A DNA stretch of 64,000 nt from positions 82,460,001 through 82,524,000 of the forward strand of contig OZ336876.1 in the NCBI GenBank assembly GCA_965287045.1, in the 5' to 3' direction. A program made the position numbers and the translations under genes. Every line of letters starts with the position of its first letter. Position 1 is the stretch's first letter. The DNA is from Carcharhinus amblyrhynchos (Eukaryota). Of this stretch, positions 1 through 12,600 are shown in pieces. The notes below the pieces were generated by a model. The model saw nothing but the letters and a program-made list of their open reading frames with translations, searched no databases and had not been told where the DNA came from.

Positions 1-48
1 GTAATGGCTGTACGTTCTATTAATTGCATTGTGTGGTAACTTTAACAG

Positions 49-340
49 GGCTTCCTATTGGAGAAACATGGGCTCACAATCACTACTCTTTTGGATTTTT
101 CATCATTCCATGCATACGTGGAGTCGTGGAATTGCTGCCAGTTTCAGTAAATACTGACAGCTTTACCATCACTATCATTGTGAAACTTGGCCAGCATATG
201 TCCTGTGTGTATCATTTTAATCTTGTATTGCCCAATGTAATCTTACAAAGCCAAGGTACAGGCAGAAACTTCATTGTAACGAAGTGCAACACAATGGGGA
301 AAGCCATGTTGATGAAGCGCACTTCACTGGAATCAACAAG
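49..340 (+). other. Candidate host-gene exon with a short reading frame (GFLLEKHGLTITTLLDFSSFHAYVESWNCCQFQ*, 49-150); gene not recognised
   Basis: Acceptor tttaacAG at 47-48 and donor AAG|gtagag at 340/341. Non-repetitive sequence with a protein-like phase-0 frame ending TAA at 148-150. No homology established. Confidence 0.35.
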
Positions 341-394
341 GTAGAGGCAAAAATTGTTTATTGGGTAAATCTTTTGGAACCACAATTATAGATT

Positions 395-690
395 TCATAT
401 AGCATAGAAGGTGTCATTCATCCAAGTCTGCACTGACTGAGAGTATCTTACCCTACTCTCTTCAACCACCCAATCCCCATTAATAATAGACATTTCCCAT
501 GGACAATCAAAGGTGCAATTTAACATGGGCAGTCCATCAAGCCTGCACATCTTTGGAATTTGGGAGGAAACCAGAGCACCAAGAGGAAACTCATGCAGAC
601 ATGGGGAGAATGTGTGTAAACACAAACAGTTATCCAAGGCTGCAATTAAACCTGGAGGTGTGAAGTAGCATGCTAACCATTGTGCTGCCC
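395..690 (-). mobile_element. V-SINE (HE1-like) tRNA-derived SINE
   Basis: Reverse complement of the V-domain core (cacatctttgga...gggaggaaaccagagcacc...gaggaaactcatgcagacatggggaga), with tRNA-like head at the right end; matches the copy at 8862-9155. Confidence 0.8.
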
Positions 691-2339
691 CAAATGCTTT
701 AGCTATGTAGTGCAAGTTAATTGAACTTGTACGCTAGCTTCCTTCTAATTACAATTAATAGATGTGAGCAAAGTATTTGAAATAGTAAAATATTTAAGGC
801 AAAAGTTATTGTCCCGATTTTGTGGAAGTTTCTTGAAGCTTGGATGCTGGCTGAATGTTAATTGTTTTGCTTAACTTGGCAGCATCTTGGAACGTAGTTC
901 ATGTTAAAAGTTGTGCTTTCGGATCTGAAAATCCACAGCAGAGCTGTGAGGGAGCACCCTTTGCCAAATTCTGCTGTGTCGCAAACTGGTACCAGTTACT
1001 GGTAAATGCAGCTGTTTCTTTTGAGTTTATTTTTAAGACCGTTAGAAAGCAAGCAGATTGGCACAGCACGTGAAGTTTCTTTTTAGTTTAGGACAAATAA
1101 CTCTAGTTCAAGACAGAAATGGCACTATGCAACAACCATGCAAAATACATTAGTGTTTAAAAATTCAATTTCTTCCTAGACTGAGGTCAAGTTTGAGGGG
1201 TTTGGGGTGGGGGTGGAGGGGAGGTGCTAGGGTAGTTGTTGCAACTTCCTTTCAAACAGCTGCTGGAACTTTAAAATCAGATCATGTTATGAGTCATAGT
1301 TTCTATTATTTTAAACTGCAGTTTGTACCAAGCTCTGGCTGCATATAATACTTTGTCCAAAAATGCATTATGATTCAGATGCTCATGTAGAACTGAGATT
1401 AGATGGTTTGTTTAGTTTGGAAGCCAGTGATACAAAAATCTCAACAGTAATATTGAAAAGTTGTGTGAACCTTTACAGGCCCCTTGTGGGTAAGTTGATT
1501 TTGAGGAGCGTTATTAGATGAAATACACTTGCAAACCAATTGATTTCCTCCTAAGCTGAGTACCACTGAAAACACCACATTTTTTTAAGTGTGCCTTGAA
1601 ATTTTGGTTGCAGTAGCATTGTTGGAGTGAGGGAAGGGCAGATAAACATAGCTTGTTACAAGTCTAATAAATGTTGCTTCACATTACTTACTCCTGACTC
1701 TACATTTAATGACTGTATACCACAAGTTTTGATGAATTCCATTTTGGGGTGTCATGTTGAACTTTTGGCCTTGTAGTATGGTGACATTCCAGAAACTGTT
1801 CTAAATAGGGTAAATTCTAGAACTTATTCCACTCCACTTTTGAACCCTGCCTCAAGCTTTCCCACTGCTGCTGTTTCTTTGATTACAACAGCTGAGGAAT
1901 TATCATTCATGATTCATTTGTTGACAATCTGTTCCATTCTAAAGCAAATGTTTAGTTTTTAATGGAGTGCAGATTATCTCCTTAATCTTTTCAGTTTTGC
2001 TAACAGAAATTCTATTGTGTATATTTCAAGTTCCATTGCTGTCACGAAACCATATTAACCAGAACAAGTGGTAGCACATTTATATTTGGTGTTTTTTGAG
2101 TACCTTGGATATACTTGAACCTCTGCTTCCCATCTAAGCACGTTCCAAAAGATTAACATGAATGCACATAAACGTACACTTTTTGGGTGGAATTTTCCAG
2201 TCCCGCATTTTGGGTGGCCAATCAACCAAACCCACACATCTTTGCATCTTTAGATTTTCACCAGTGGCTCCCCCCTTCAAAACAGAACAGCCTCTAGCCA
2301 TCCGGGACTATGGTTACTTTACCTGGGTGGGGTGGGGTG

Positions 2340-2620
2340 TCGATTATCTCTGGCTGAATGGCAGGTTTGTAATGTGGAGCAATGCCAACAGCACAAGTTC
2401 AATTTCCGGACTAGCTGAGCAATGCGAGCTTAATCCCTGTATTGACCCAGTTAGTCAAAGACTCTGCCTTCTCAAGTTTGCCCCTTGCCTGTGGTGTGAA
2501 AAGTATCAATACCCTAGTTTGGTTGGAGGTGAGCTCAGTGCTCAATTAGTGGTGAGAACTGCCTGCAGAAGGCAATGATAACTGGTAGCCACAATGAAGG
2601 TCTCTGTTGCCTTTGCCAAA
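2340..2620 (+). mobile_element. Degraded tRNA-head SINE
   Basis: B-box-like gttcaatttcc and body ctgccttctca..ttgcccct shared with 8690-8860. Confidence 0.45.
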
Positions 2621-3809
2621 GAGAGCAGGCACACCTAATGAGAGTTAGTAACCTATGTGAATATGAAAGTGGCAAGATCACCAAATAGAAGATAATGCAC
2701 AAGATCCTCCAGATCCCAAGATGTACTTTTTGTTTTTGATACAAAATCTTTCCTCTCATTGAACTTACAGCTGTACTTTGTGCTTTGCCAACTTTCTCCT
2801 TGCTCCTGTAGCCTGTTAACAAACTACTCGGACTTTACAGGCCATTAATTAGAGGCAGGCAGTTCCTAGTCCCACCCACAATTTAGAAAATTAGAGTATG
2901 TCCAGGAGGCATTGGGATCCATAAATGAGATGCTTCCAAGAATGCAAATTTTGCCCTCAACAGCTCTCTCACTGCTGATACTGGCACTCGGGTGGAGTGT
3001 TTCTGCCCTTTTTTTTGTTATTTCAAATTTCCAGCATCTGTAGGGGGGCTGCTGTGTAAATTTGCTAGAGTATTAAATTCCACCTACAATTGGACCTTAT
3101 TTTTAATCCTCATCTTATGATACCTACAATTGTGGGTTAGTTTTTCAATGAATATTCCAACTTGTGTTGGCAGGAAATCTGGCGTGGGTTCTTTCCTGAA
3201 CAGAATATCCTGTAAGTGCAACTCAAGTCTTACCTTTGGGAGCTACCAGCTGGTTGTACTGATCTCTCAGCAATGAAGATGGTGCACATATATAGGAGGA
3301 ACAGAAAATGGAAAAATGCAATTTTAAGAAAAAGTGCAATTCAATACATTGAATTCCAAATGTGTGCAGCAATATTTTACTGTGATTGTGAAGCTGTCCT
3401 TTCATGGATCTCTTTTTCTAAACTTATGCAGGTTATTTATACAACTGAATGTCCTTATTAGGTCTCCCAGTCCCAATGGCATTCAAGGCTATCAAGCCTT
3501 CTCAATCAAGCATTCTCCACCAAGAATGCATCATTTTTAGTGATGGACTTGATTTTATCAGCTGGGCTGTAACATCGTTACCAAACTTCAGCCTATGGTT
3601 ATGGTAATAAAAATGAGTTTTTAAAAATACACTAGGATTGAATTATCTATCATTTGCACAAATGCCTATTTTCAATAGACTGAACTGAAAATCTGTCAGG
3701 CCAATCGCATTTAAATGCTGCATTTAAAAGCTAGAGGTTGAGTACGTTGCCTGCCTGGACAATCCATTGTTCCTCTTGGTTTCAACCTGGAAGGACGCAA
3801 GCAGGAAAG

Positions 3810-4070
3810 TAAATCCACAGGGATAAAATGGGGGCAGGAGGAAGCGTGGTTAGGAATGGGGGAGATGAAAGTTACAATGAGAATGCAGTAGCACTATTGT
3901 AATTCTGCTCTCTTAATGGATTTACAAAAGTGTCTGAGGAATGACTTCCAGATAAAGTAGTGGAAGCAAAAATATTGAAATGATTTGAAACAATCAGATG
4001 CTACAGTGGGTGGATGTCAGGATCTCTGGGTGGATCAGCTAGAATGGGCCATATTGCCTGCCTTGTTCAT
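3810..4070 (+). mobile_element. Old CR1 LINE 3' fragment
   Basis: Degenerate RVVxxWNxLPxxVVEA-coding stretch followed by a CR1-type 3' UTR (gaatgggcc..ttgcctg). Confidence 0.55.
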
Positions 4071-6050
4071 AATTAGTTTTGAATTTTGCAAACTAGGCAG
4101 ATCCAATGAAAGTATTTTGCAAGCTATTGTGTACAATAAGATTTTAATCTATTTTAAATTGTGTTTTAAGGTGGCTGTTAATCATTTTCAAAAGAAAATA
4201 ATTATTGAGCTGTAGTCGTAAGGTTAAAAGGGATGTTTTTATTTCAAGAACACCACATGTGATCCATCTGGATTATTGCAATTCTCTGCTTTATAACTCA
4301 AACTTGTGTACCATATGCTGTTCACATTTCCTTTATTCTAAGTTCTGACTTTTATGGGCTGATTTTTTTTCACTGAATTCCATGGCATTCAAGGGGCTTA
4401 TGGCTTTCCCTTTTTTTTGAGAAGTGCTGCACAATAGATTTTTTTTCATACTGCACCAGTAATGTGCAGCACATTAGTCACCTCAAAGTGACAAACTAGT
4501 TCCCTATAATATGGATGGTTGCCTCTGAAAGGCATTTTTTTCCATGAACAGATGTGACAATTTGCCACTTCCTTCTGGGCACCTAGTTTCTATGTCCAGC
4601 TGTAATAGTCAGGAAGGCTGTGAGTCTGTTCCTAGAACATTCCAGTTACTTTGGAAGGTTCTGATATCATTTGATTGCCTTTCTAACAAAGCTGTTCCAT
4701 TTATGCTGTATGTGGATTCAGCAACGTTTGTACAGCTGCTCTTAAGTGAATTTTGCTCCTGTTCAGTTAAATGGAGATGTAAATATGCTGTGATGCCACA
4801 CCCCATCCCTCCCTTTGCAGGGAGGGGGAGCATGGTATTGCGCTTGATTTTCAGGGGAACGCTACTGCAGTCAATGATTTTAACCTCTTCAGGAAGGTCT
4901 ACATGGGACAGTAATGATGAAGGAACGTTGCTGGTCTGCACAGTTGCACTGAAAACTCAAATCTAAGATGATGAATTTTGGTCTAAATGGACTATCAGTT
5001 GCAGCAGCTGTATATTTACTGTCCACTTGCATGTAGTGGTTGGAAATACGAGGCAAAATACCCTCAGAAGGTTCTTTTATTGCTTCCATTAACACAGATG
5101 GCACTCTACAAGATTGTCCCAATGCTAACTAATCTGTTCCCTTTAGCACTAGTGGACCTTGTGATATTTTTTAAGATTATATCCTGCTTTTGTTGCTATC
5201 TATTATTTGCAAAGATTTGTTTGATCTTGCAAATGATGATTGCAAGTTGTTGATGCTTTTGAATTTGTGCAGGGAACATATTTGAGCATTTGACTTTCAA
5301 ATCATACAGAAATTTCATGGTCAGCTTTGCTCCCTGGTAAGAGGGAACCATGGTTGCTTCCTCTGGGTGGAATGTGATTTTTGCTTATAATACACTTTCT
5401 GATGGTTGGCCTTGTGAGAATGCTTTATAAAATTAAGGATTTTAAGAACCTGTTCCTTGCCATTGTTGATTTTAAATTTATTTGTGGATATAAGTTTTGA
5501 AGCTATGTCTTTATATAATGTGAATTATAAAGTGGAAACAGAATACTACTTTTAAGCCTGACTGTGTTTTACAATGATCAGTTATAGTATATCAGAGTGA
5601 AATGATTAACCAGTCTGAGTTGTCTACACTTGAGTAAACAATGGCTATTGTCTAAGTTTTGACCTCTTGAAAAAAGGTGAAATCTAGCAAAATGCATGCA
5701 TCCAAGTAGCATTTCTATTTGAACTTCGAGGCGTTAAAGAAATGAGGAAAATTTAAATTCAGCCAGAGCTATAAATGTGATGCAATTGGCATATGGAAAT
5801 AATGAGTTCATACTAGTTGTAGCCTGCACCATAAATATTTCGGTCCTCGTTTTTGTTTCTGGTCATGGAAAGGACCTGTAAAATTGTTTTCATTTATAAT
5901 GAAGTGCTTTGCATAGGTTTTAAAAAGACAGTAGGGGGAGGGGGGGTGGTTTGTGGGGGAATAATGACAATCAAGCACTGGAGGGAGGCAGAGGAACACT
6001 GTCCCATTAGCTGACCCTTTTTTTTCCCCCCTGCATACAATTTTTGTATA

Positions 6051-6468
6051 CTATAGCCAAGTTCTGCACAGGATGGCCTCAGCTGGGATCTTGGGTTCAT
6101 GTTGCACTATCTGTAAACCCCCCTGCCCCCATGACTTGTCTGGGTTCGCAAAACCTCACCTACTTTACTGTTTGGAGACAATACACATCTCTTTAACTTA
6201 TGCCTAATGTTCTCTCCACCCACATTGTCTGCATCTTTTAAGGCTTGAATAGCGGGTTAGCTGTAAAGACTCGTATTCGAATCAGTATTCTGTAAACTGT
6301 GTGTGCTGTTATATACTGTGTCTGAGACCAGAACTCTCCACTCACCTCACGAAGGGGCAAACCCTGAAAGCTTGTGGGTTTGCTATCAAATAAACTGGTT
6401 GGACTTTAACCTGGTGTTGTGACACTTATTGTGTTTACCTCAGTCCAACACTGGCATCTCCACATCAT
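6051..6468 (+). mobile_element. Penelope-like element 3' end: GIY-YIG endonuclease C-terminus plus pseudo-LTR with a degenerate hammerhead
   Basis: 6053-6116 reads IAKFCT/DGLSWDLGFMLHYL* across a small frameshift, resembling the PLE '..GLNRD.G' terminus. ctcacgaaggggcaaaccctgaaagc at ~6346-6371 is a mutated CUGANGA..GAAA core. Then AATAAA and the gttggactttaacctggtgttgt...agtccaacactggcatctccacatc tail. Confidence 0.8.
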
Positions 6469-6479
6469 TACAATCTTTT

Positions 6480-8690
6480 TCATTCTCTGTCAAGATGTGG
6501 TTACTACTGGCTAGGCCAATATTTATTGCCCATGCTTTATTGTCCTTGAATTTGGCGGTGAGCCCCCTTCTTGAACTGCTGGAATCTATTTGAAGGTAAA
6601 CCCAGTGTGCTGTTAAGAAGTGAGGTCAAGGATTTTGACTCTCTGACAGTAAAGGCATAGTGATATAGTTCCAAGTCAGAATGGTGTGTCTTGGAGGGGT
6701 ACTTGCAGGTATCAAATCAAAAATGCTAAACTGAATCAAATGCTGCCTTTATGTCAAGGGCAGTCACTCTCCTGTTCCCTCTTGGGTTCAGCTCTTTTTT
6801 TTCATGTCAGAAACTAACTGGCCCTGGCAGAACCTAAACTGAAAGTCAGTACAAGTGTTATTATAGAGTAAGTAATCTTTGATAGCACTGTTGATGATCC
6901 CTTCCATCACTTTATTGACTATCAAGAGTTGACTAATGGAGAGGAAATAAATTGGGTTGAATTTGCCCTTTGTTTGTGTACAGGGCATATCTGGGTAATT
7001 TTCCAAATTGCCAGATTGATGCCTGTGTTGTAGCTGTCCTGGAACAGCTTGGCTAGTGGTGCAGCTAGTTCTAGAGACAAGTCTTCAATGCTGTTGCTGG
7101 ACCAAAAGGACCTTGGGGTGCATGTCCAAACATCCCTGACGTAAACGGGACAGGTAGAAAAGGTGGTTAAGAAGGTATTAGGAATTCTTGCCTTTCATTT
7201 TAGCTGAGGCATAGAACATAACAGCAAGGAGGTTAGGACAAAACTGTGAAAAATGCTTATTAGGCCACAGCTGGACTACTGTGTGCAGTTCTAGTCTCCA
7301 CACTAGGAAGGAAGTGATTGCACTAGAAATGGTGCAGAGGAGCTTCACCAGGATGTTGCCTGGGCTGGAGCGTTTCACCTATTAAGATATTCTTTGGAAC
7401 ATAGAAGACTGAGGGGGACCTGATTGAGGTATACAAAATTGAGGAATATGGTAGTTAAAAAGAAGCCTTTCCCCTTAGTAAAGGGGTTAGTAACATAAGG
7501 GCTGTAGATTTAAGGTAAGGGGCAGGAAATTTGGAAGGGATTTGAAAACATTTTCACTCAGGGTGGTGGGAATATGGAACTCACTTCCTGAAAGGGTGGT
7601 CATGGCAAGAATTTTAAACATTTCAGTGCTTGAAATGCCATAACATACAAGGCTATGGACCAAGTGCTGGAAAATGGGGTTGGAATAGATAGGCAAATCC
7701 TTCCAATGCAGACACGATGAGTCAAAAAGTCACTTGCTGTGCTGTAAAACTCCATGGTTCTAAAGTTGTCAGGGCCGATAGCTTTTACAGTATCCAGTGC
7801 CTTCAGCTGTTTCTTCATATCACATGGAGTGAATCAGATTGGTTGAAAGCTGGCATCTGATGCTAGGATGTTTGGGAGGAGGCTGAGATCCATTTAGCAC
7901 ATCTGGTTGAATATTGATGCAAATGTTTCGGACCTGTTTTGTGCTGAGGTGCTGAACTTTCATCATTGTATATGGGATTATTTGTGGAGACTCCTCTAAT
8001 GAGTTGTTTAATTGCTCCCATCATCTATGACTGGATGTGGCAAAACTGCAGAACTTAGATCTATTGGTCATGGAATCACGGACCTGTCTGTCACATTCTG
8101 CTTAGTTTTGAAGAGTACGTGTTGTAGCTTTATCAGGTTGTTACCTCATTTTTAGATGTGCTGGCCGCTGCTCATGGTATGCCCTCTTACAGCTGCCTTT
8201 GAACCAGGGTCGATCCTGGCTTGAACATAATGGTAGACTGGGGGAAATGCTGGTTTATGAGGTTAAAGATTGTGGTTATACAAACCTGCTGCTACCACCG
8301 AAGGTCCACAGCATCTCGAGCCTTGTCTTGGGTAGCTAGATCCATCCGGAATCCCATTTCAGCATGGTGGTACTGCTAAACAATGTAACGGATGATGTCC
8401 TTGATGTGAATATGGGACTTCACGTCCCCAAGAACAGTGGTGTGGTCAGTCCTACTAATACTGTCATGGACAGATGCATCAGTGACAGATATATTGGTGA
8501 GGATAAGGTCAAGTAGGTTTTCCCTTCCTGTTGATTTCTCTCAGTGCCTACTGCAAACTTAATCTAGCAGCAATGTCTTTTAGGTCTTGGTCAATATTGG
8601 TGCAACTCTTAGTGATGGACAAAGTCCCCTAACATTCTGTGCCCTTGTCACTCTTGATGCTTTCTTCAAATGATGTTGAATGATGCTGGG
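6480..8690 (-). mobile_element. Old CR1/L2-like LINE ('family B'), interrupted by a CR1 at 7103-7760
   Basis: Minus-strand peptides KVMEGIINSAIKDYL and KKQLKALDTVKAIGPDN (RT-proximal motifs). The sequence resumes collinearly after the nested CR1. Confidence 0.75.
7103..7760 (+). mobile_element. CR1 LINE 3' fragment nested in family-B LINE
   Basis: Encodes degenerate RPQLDYCVQF..VQRSFTRMLPGLE..FTQGVVGIWNSLP and has a CR1 3' UTR. Confidence 0.85.
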
Positions 8691-8860
8691 GTTGGGCAGC
8701 TAAGTTGATTGGACAGTTGATTTTGAGGCAGAATGATACCGACAGCAAGGGTTCAATTCCCATACTAACTCAGGTGATTTGTGAAGGCCCTGCCTTCTCA
8801 CTCACTTGCCCCTCAGCTGAAGTGTGGTGGTCCCTGGGTTAAATTGCACCAGTCTGCCTA
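8690..8860 (+). mobile_element. tRNA-head SINE fragment
   Basis: gggttcaattccc B-box; body similar to 2340-2620. Confidence 0.45.
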
Positions 8861-8861
8861 T

Positions 8862-9155
8862 AGGGTGGCTCAGTGGTTAGCACTGCTGCCTCATGGCGTC
8901 AGAGACTCAGGTTCAATTCCGGCCTCAAATCACTGTCTGTGTAGACATTCTCCCCATGTCTACATGGGTTTCCTCTGGGTGCTCCAGTTTTCTCCCACAG
9001 TCCAAAGATATGTGGGTTAGCTTGATTTGGCCATGCTAAATTGACCCGAGTGTCAGGGGATTAGCAGGGTAAATATGTGGGGTTATGTGAATAAAGCCTG
9101 GGTGGGATTGTGTTCAGTGCAGATTCATGGGCTGATGGCCTCCTTCTATGATTCA
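8862..9155 (+). mobile_element. V-SINE (HE1-like)
   Basis: A-box gtggctcagtggttagc, B-box ggttcaattcc, V-domain ttctccccatgtctacatgggtttcctctgggtgctccagttttctcccacagtccaaaga, and a CR1-like 3' tail. Confidence 0.9.
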
Positions 9156-9654
9156 ACATGGAGTACTGATTCACCACCAGTGGTAGGATGCATTTTGTAG
9201 TAATTAGGTGATTTATCCTTTCATATCTGACCTGATAAGGTAAAACATAGGAGCAGAATTCGGCCACTTGGCCCATTTGAGTTTGCTCTGTCATTCAATC
9301 GTGCTGATATTTTTCTCATCCCCATTCTCCTGCCTTTTCCTAATAATCCCTGCTCCCCTTATTAATCAAGAACCTACCTATCTCTGCCTTAAAAACACTC
9401 AATGACCTGGCCTCCCAAAGCCTTTTACAGCAAAAAGTTCCACAGATTCACCACTGTGGCTCCTCATCTGTTTTAAAGGATCTTCCCTTTTTAGCCTGAA
9501 GTTGCGCACTCTGGTTCCAGTTTTTCCTACTAGTGGAAATATCCTTTCCATGTCCACTCTATGCAGGCTTCACAGTATCCTGTAAGTTTCAATCAGATCC
9601 CTCCTGAATCTTCTAAACTGAGTGCAGACCCAGAGTCCTCCTCATTCCTCATAA

Positions 9655-12600
9655 GAACATAAGAAATAGGAGCAGGAGTAGGCCATCCAGCCCTTCGAGC
9701 CGGCCCGCCATTCAATAAGATCATGGCTGATCTGTCGCTGCTCAGTTCCACTTTCCCGCCCTCTTCCCATAATCCTTAATCCCCTCTCCTATCAAAAACC
9801 CATCAACCCGCGTCTTAAAAATATTTAGTGAGGCAGCCTCCACCACTTCAACGGGCAGAGAATTCCAGAGATTCACCACCCTTTGAGTGAAGAAGTTCCT
9901 CCTCAACTCCGTTCTAAACCGCCCTCCTTTTATCTTGAGGCTGTGCCCCCTAGTCCTACTGTCTGTTTTGAGCGGGAAGAGTCTTTCCACCTCTATCCTA
10001 TCCATCCCATTTATCATCTTGTACGTCTCAATGAGATCTCCCCTCATTCTTCTAAACTCTAACGAGTACAAGCCCAGTTTATTCAGCCTCTCGTCATAGC
10101 TCAACCCCCTCAACTCCGGTATCAGCCTAGTAAACCTCCTCTGCACTCCCTCCAAGGCCAAAATATCTTAGCGCAGGTGCGGCGGCCAAAATATCTTTGC
10201 GCAGGTGCGGCGCCCAAAACTGCACACAGTACTCCAGCTGCGGCCTAACCAATGTTCTATACAGCTGCAGCAAGACCTCCCTACTTTTATATTCAATCCC
10301 CCTCGCTATGAAGGCCAGCATCCCATTCGCCTTCCTGACCACCTGCTGCACCTGCAAGCTGGGTTTTTGCGACTCATGCACAAGGACCCCGAGGTCCCTC
10401 TGCACCGTCGCCTGCTGCAGTTTTTTGCCCTGTAAGTAATAGTCCTTCCTACCATTATTCCTACCAAAGTGGACCACCTCACACTTGCCAACATTAAATT
10501 CCATTTGCCATTTCCTGGCCCATTCGCCCAGCCTATCTAGATCCTTCTGCAGACTCTCCACACCCTCCGCACAATTTGCCGTTCCCCCAGTCTTGGTGTC
10601 ATCAGCAAATTTCGACACTCTACACTCGGTTCCCTCCTCCAGATCATCTGTATAAATGGTAAAAAGCTGAGGCCCCAGCACCGACCCCTGGGGCACTCCA
10701 CTAGTCACCATCCGCCAATCCGAATAGCACCCATTGACCCCCACTCTCTGCCTCCTATTTGACAACCAATCCTCTATCCACGCTAACACCCTACCCCCAA
10801 CTCCATGTCCCTCGACCTTCTGCAATAACCTCTTGTGAGGTACTTTGTCAAACGCCTTCTGAAAATCTAGAAAGACCACATCCACCGGCTCTCCTCTATC
10901 CACCGCCCTAGACACATCCTCATAGAACTCCAGTAAATTTGTCAGACACGACTTCCCTTTAATGAAACCGTGCTGCGTCTGCTCTATCAAGCAATTCCCT
11001 TCAAGATGCCTCGCAATTTCCTCCTTAATGACAGATTCTAACATTTTACCTACCACAGACGTTAAACTAACCGGCCTATAATTCCCCGCCTTTTGCCTGG
11101 CACCCTTCTTAAACAACGGCGTAACATTAGCCGTTTTCCAATCATCCGGCACTTCCCCGGAATCCAGCGACGTCTGGAAAATAACCACCAAGGCATCCAC
11201 TATCACCTCCGCCATTTCTTTCAGAACCCTCGGATGCATTCCATCCGGTCCTGGGGACTTGTCCACAATCAGCCCCTCCAGTCTGTCGAGCACTGCCTCT
11301 CTAGTAACAGTAATGTCATTAAGACCCTCCAGTCCTACCACCTTTCCATCGCTAACACCCGGCAAATTATTCACGTCCTCCTCCGTGAAGACAGAAACAA
11401 AAAAGTTATTCAATACCTTAGTCATATCCCCATCCCCTACCACTAGGTCCCCTTTCTCATCCTCTAAAGGACCAACATTCACCCTAGCCAGCCTCTTCCT
11501 TTTTTATATATTTATAAAAACTCTTGCTATCCTTTTTTATATTAAGCGCTAGCCCAGCTTCATAGTTTCTCCTACGCTTCTTTATCAACTTCTTTGTCAA
11601 TCTTTGTTGACATTTAAACCTCTCCCAATCCTCTTCTCGCCCACTACTCTTAGCTACTCTAAATTCCTCTGCTTTTAGTTTAACACTTTCCTTCACCTCC
11701 TTCGTTATCCACGGCTTATTACCTCTCCTCCTACTATCCTTTTTGACCATCGGAATAAATTTCCGCTGAGCACCAAGAAAGATCTCCTTAAAGATCCTCC
11801 ACTGCTCCTCAACAGACCCTCCCTCCAACGCGCTCCCCCAGTCCACATTCGCCAATTCTTCTCTCATCCTACCATACTCCCCTCTATTCAAACAAAGTAC
11901 GCGTGTCCGGGAACCCACTTTCTCCTCCTCCATCTGCACCAGAAACTCCACCATACAATGATCACTCTCCCCAAGAGGATTCTTCACCGCAAGGTCCCTA
12001 ATTCTACCCGCCTCATTACATAACACCAGATCCAAGATAGCTCGCTCCCTCGTCGGCTCCAACACACACTGTTCGAGGAAACTATCCCGGCAGCATTCCA
12101 AGAACTCTTCCTCGAGCCCCCCGCGTCCAACATGGGTCGACCAATCAATATGCAGATTGAAATCCCCCGTAACTACGGCCGTCCCATTCCTGCACGCCGC
12201 ACTTATTTGCGCGTTAACAGCCCGCCCCACCTCCAGATCATTATTCGGGGGCCTATAGACGACACTCACCAGCGTCTTCCTCCCTTTGCTGTTCCTAATC
12301 TCCACCCACAATGATTCCACCCTCTGCTCCTTGGCTCCAATATCATCCCTTGCTACCACCGTGATGCTATCCTTAATCAGCAGAGCTACGCCCCCCCCCC
12401 CCCCCCCCCCCCCCCAATTAGTTTAAAGCCCTGTCTACAGTCCTCTTTACTCGATTCGCCAGCACTCTGGTCCCAGCACGGTTCAGACCAACCCCATCCT
12501 GCCCGAACAGGTCCCACCTACCCCAATAATGGTGCCAATGCCCCATAAATTCAAACCCATTCCTCCCACACCAATCCCTGAGCCACCCATTCACTTCCTT

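Noticed and set aside
24-344. 106-aa ORF from the ORF track
   Set aside because: Non-ATG start upstream of the splice acceptor and no recognisable protein features; the alternative frame 49-150 is the better candidate.
4544-5253. Cluster of overlapping 77-140-aa ORFs on both strands
   Set aside because: No recognisable domain, splice structure or repeat family; cannot be supported as coding.
8862-8935. tRNA gene
   Set aside because: The A/B boxes are the head of a V-SINE and there is no complete cloverleaf; the same applies at 40140 and 47870-47936.
9742-12359. Long RT/endonuclease ORFs as an active element or novel RT system
   Set aside because: Ordinary CR1 ORF2, broken by a 4-bp duplication (~11485), a 28-bp duplication and loss of the endonuclease N-terminus.
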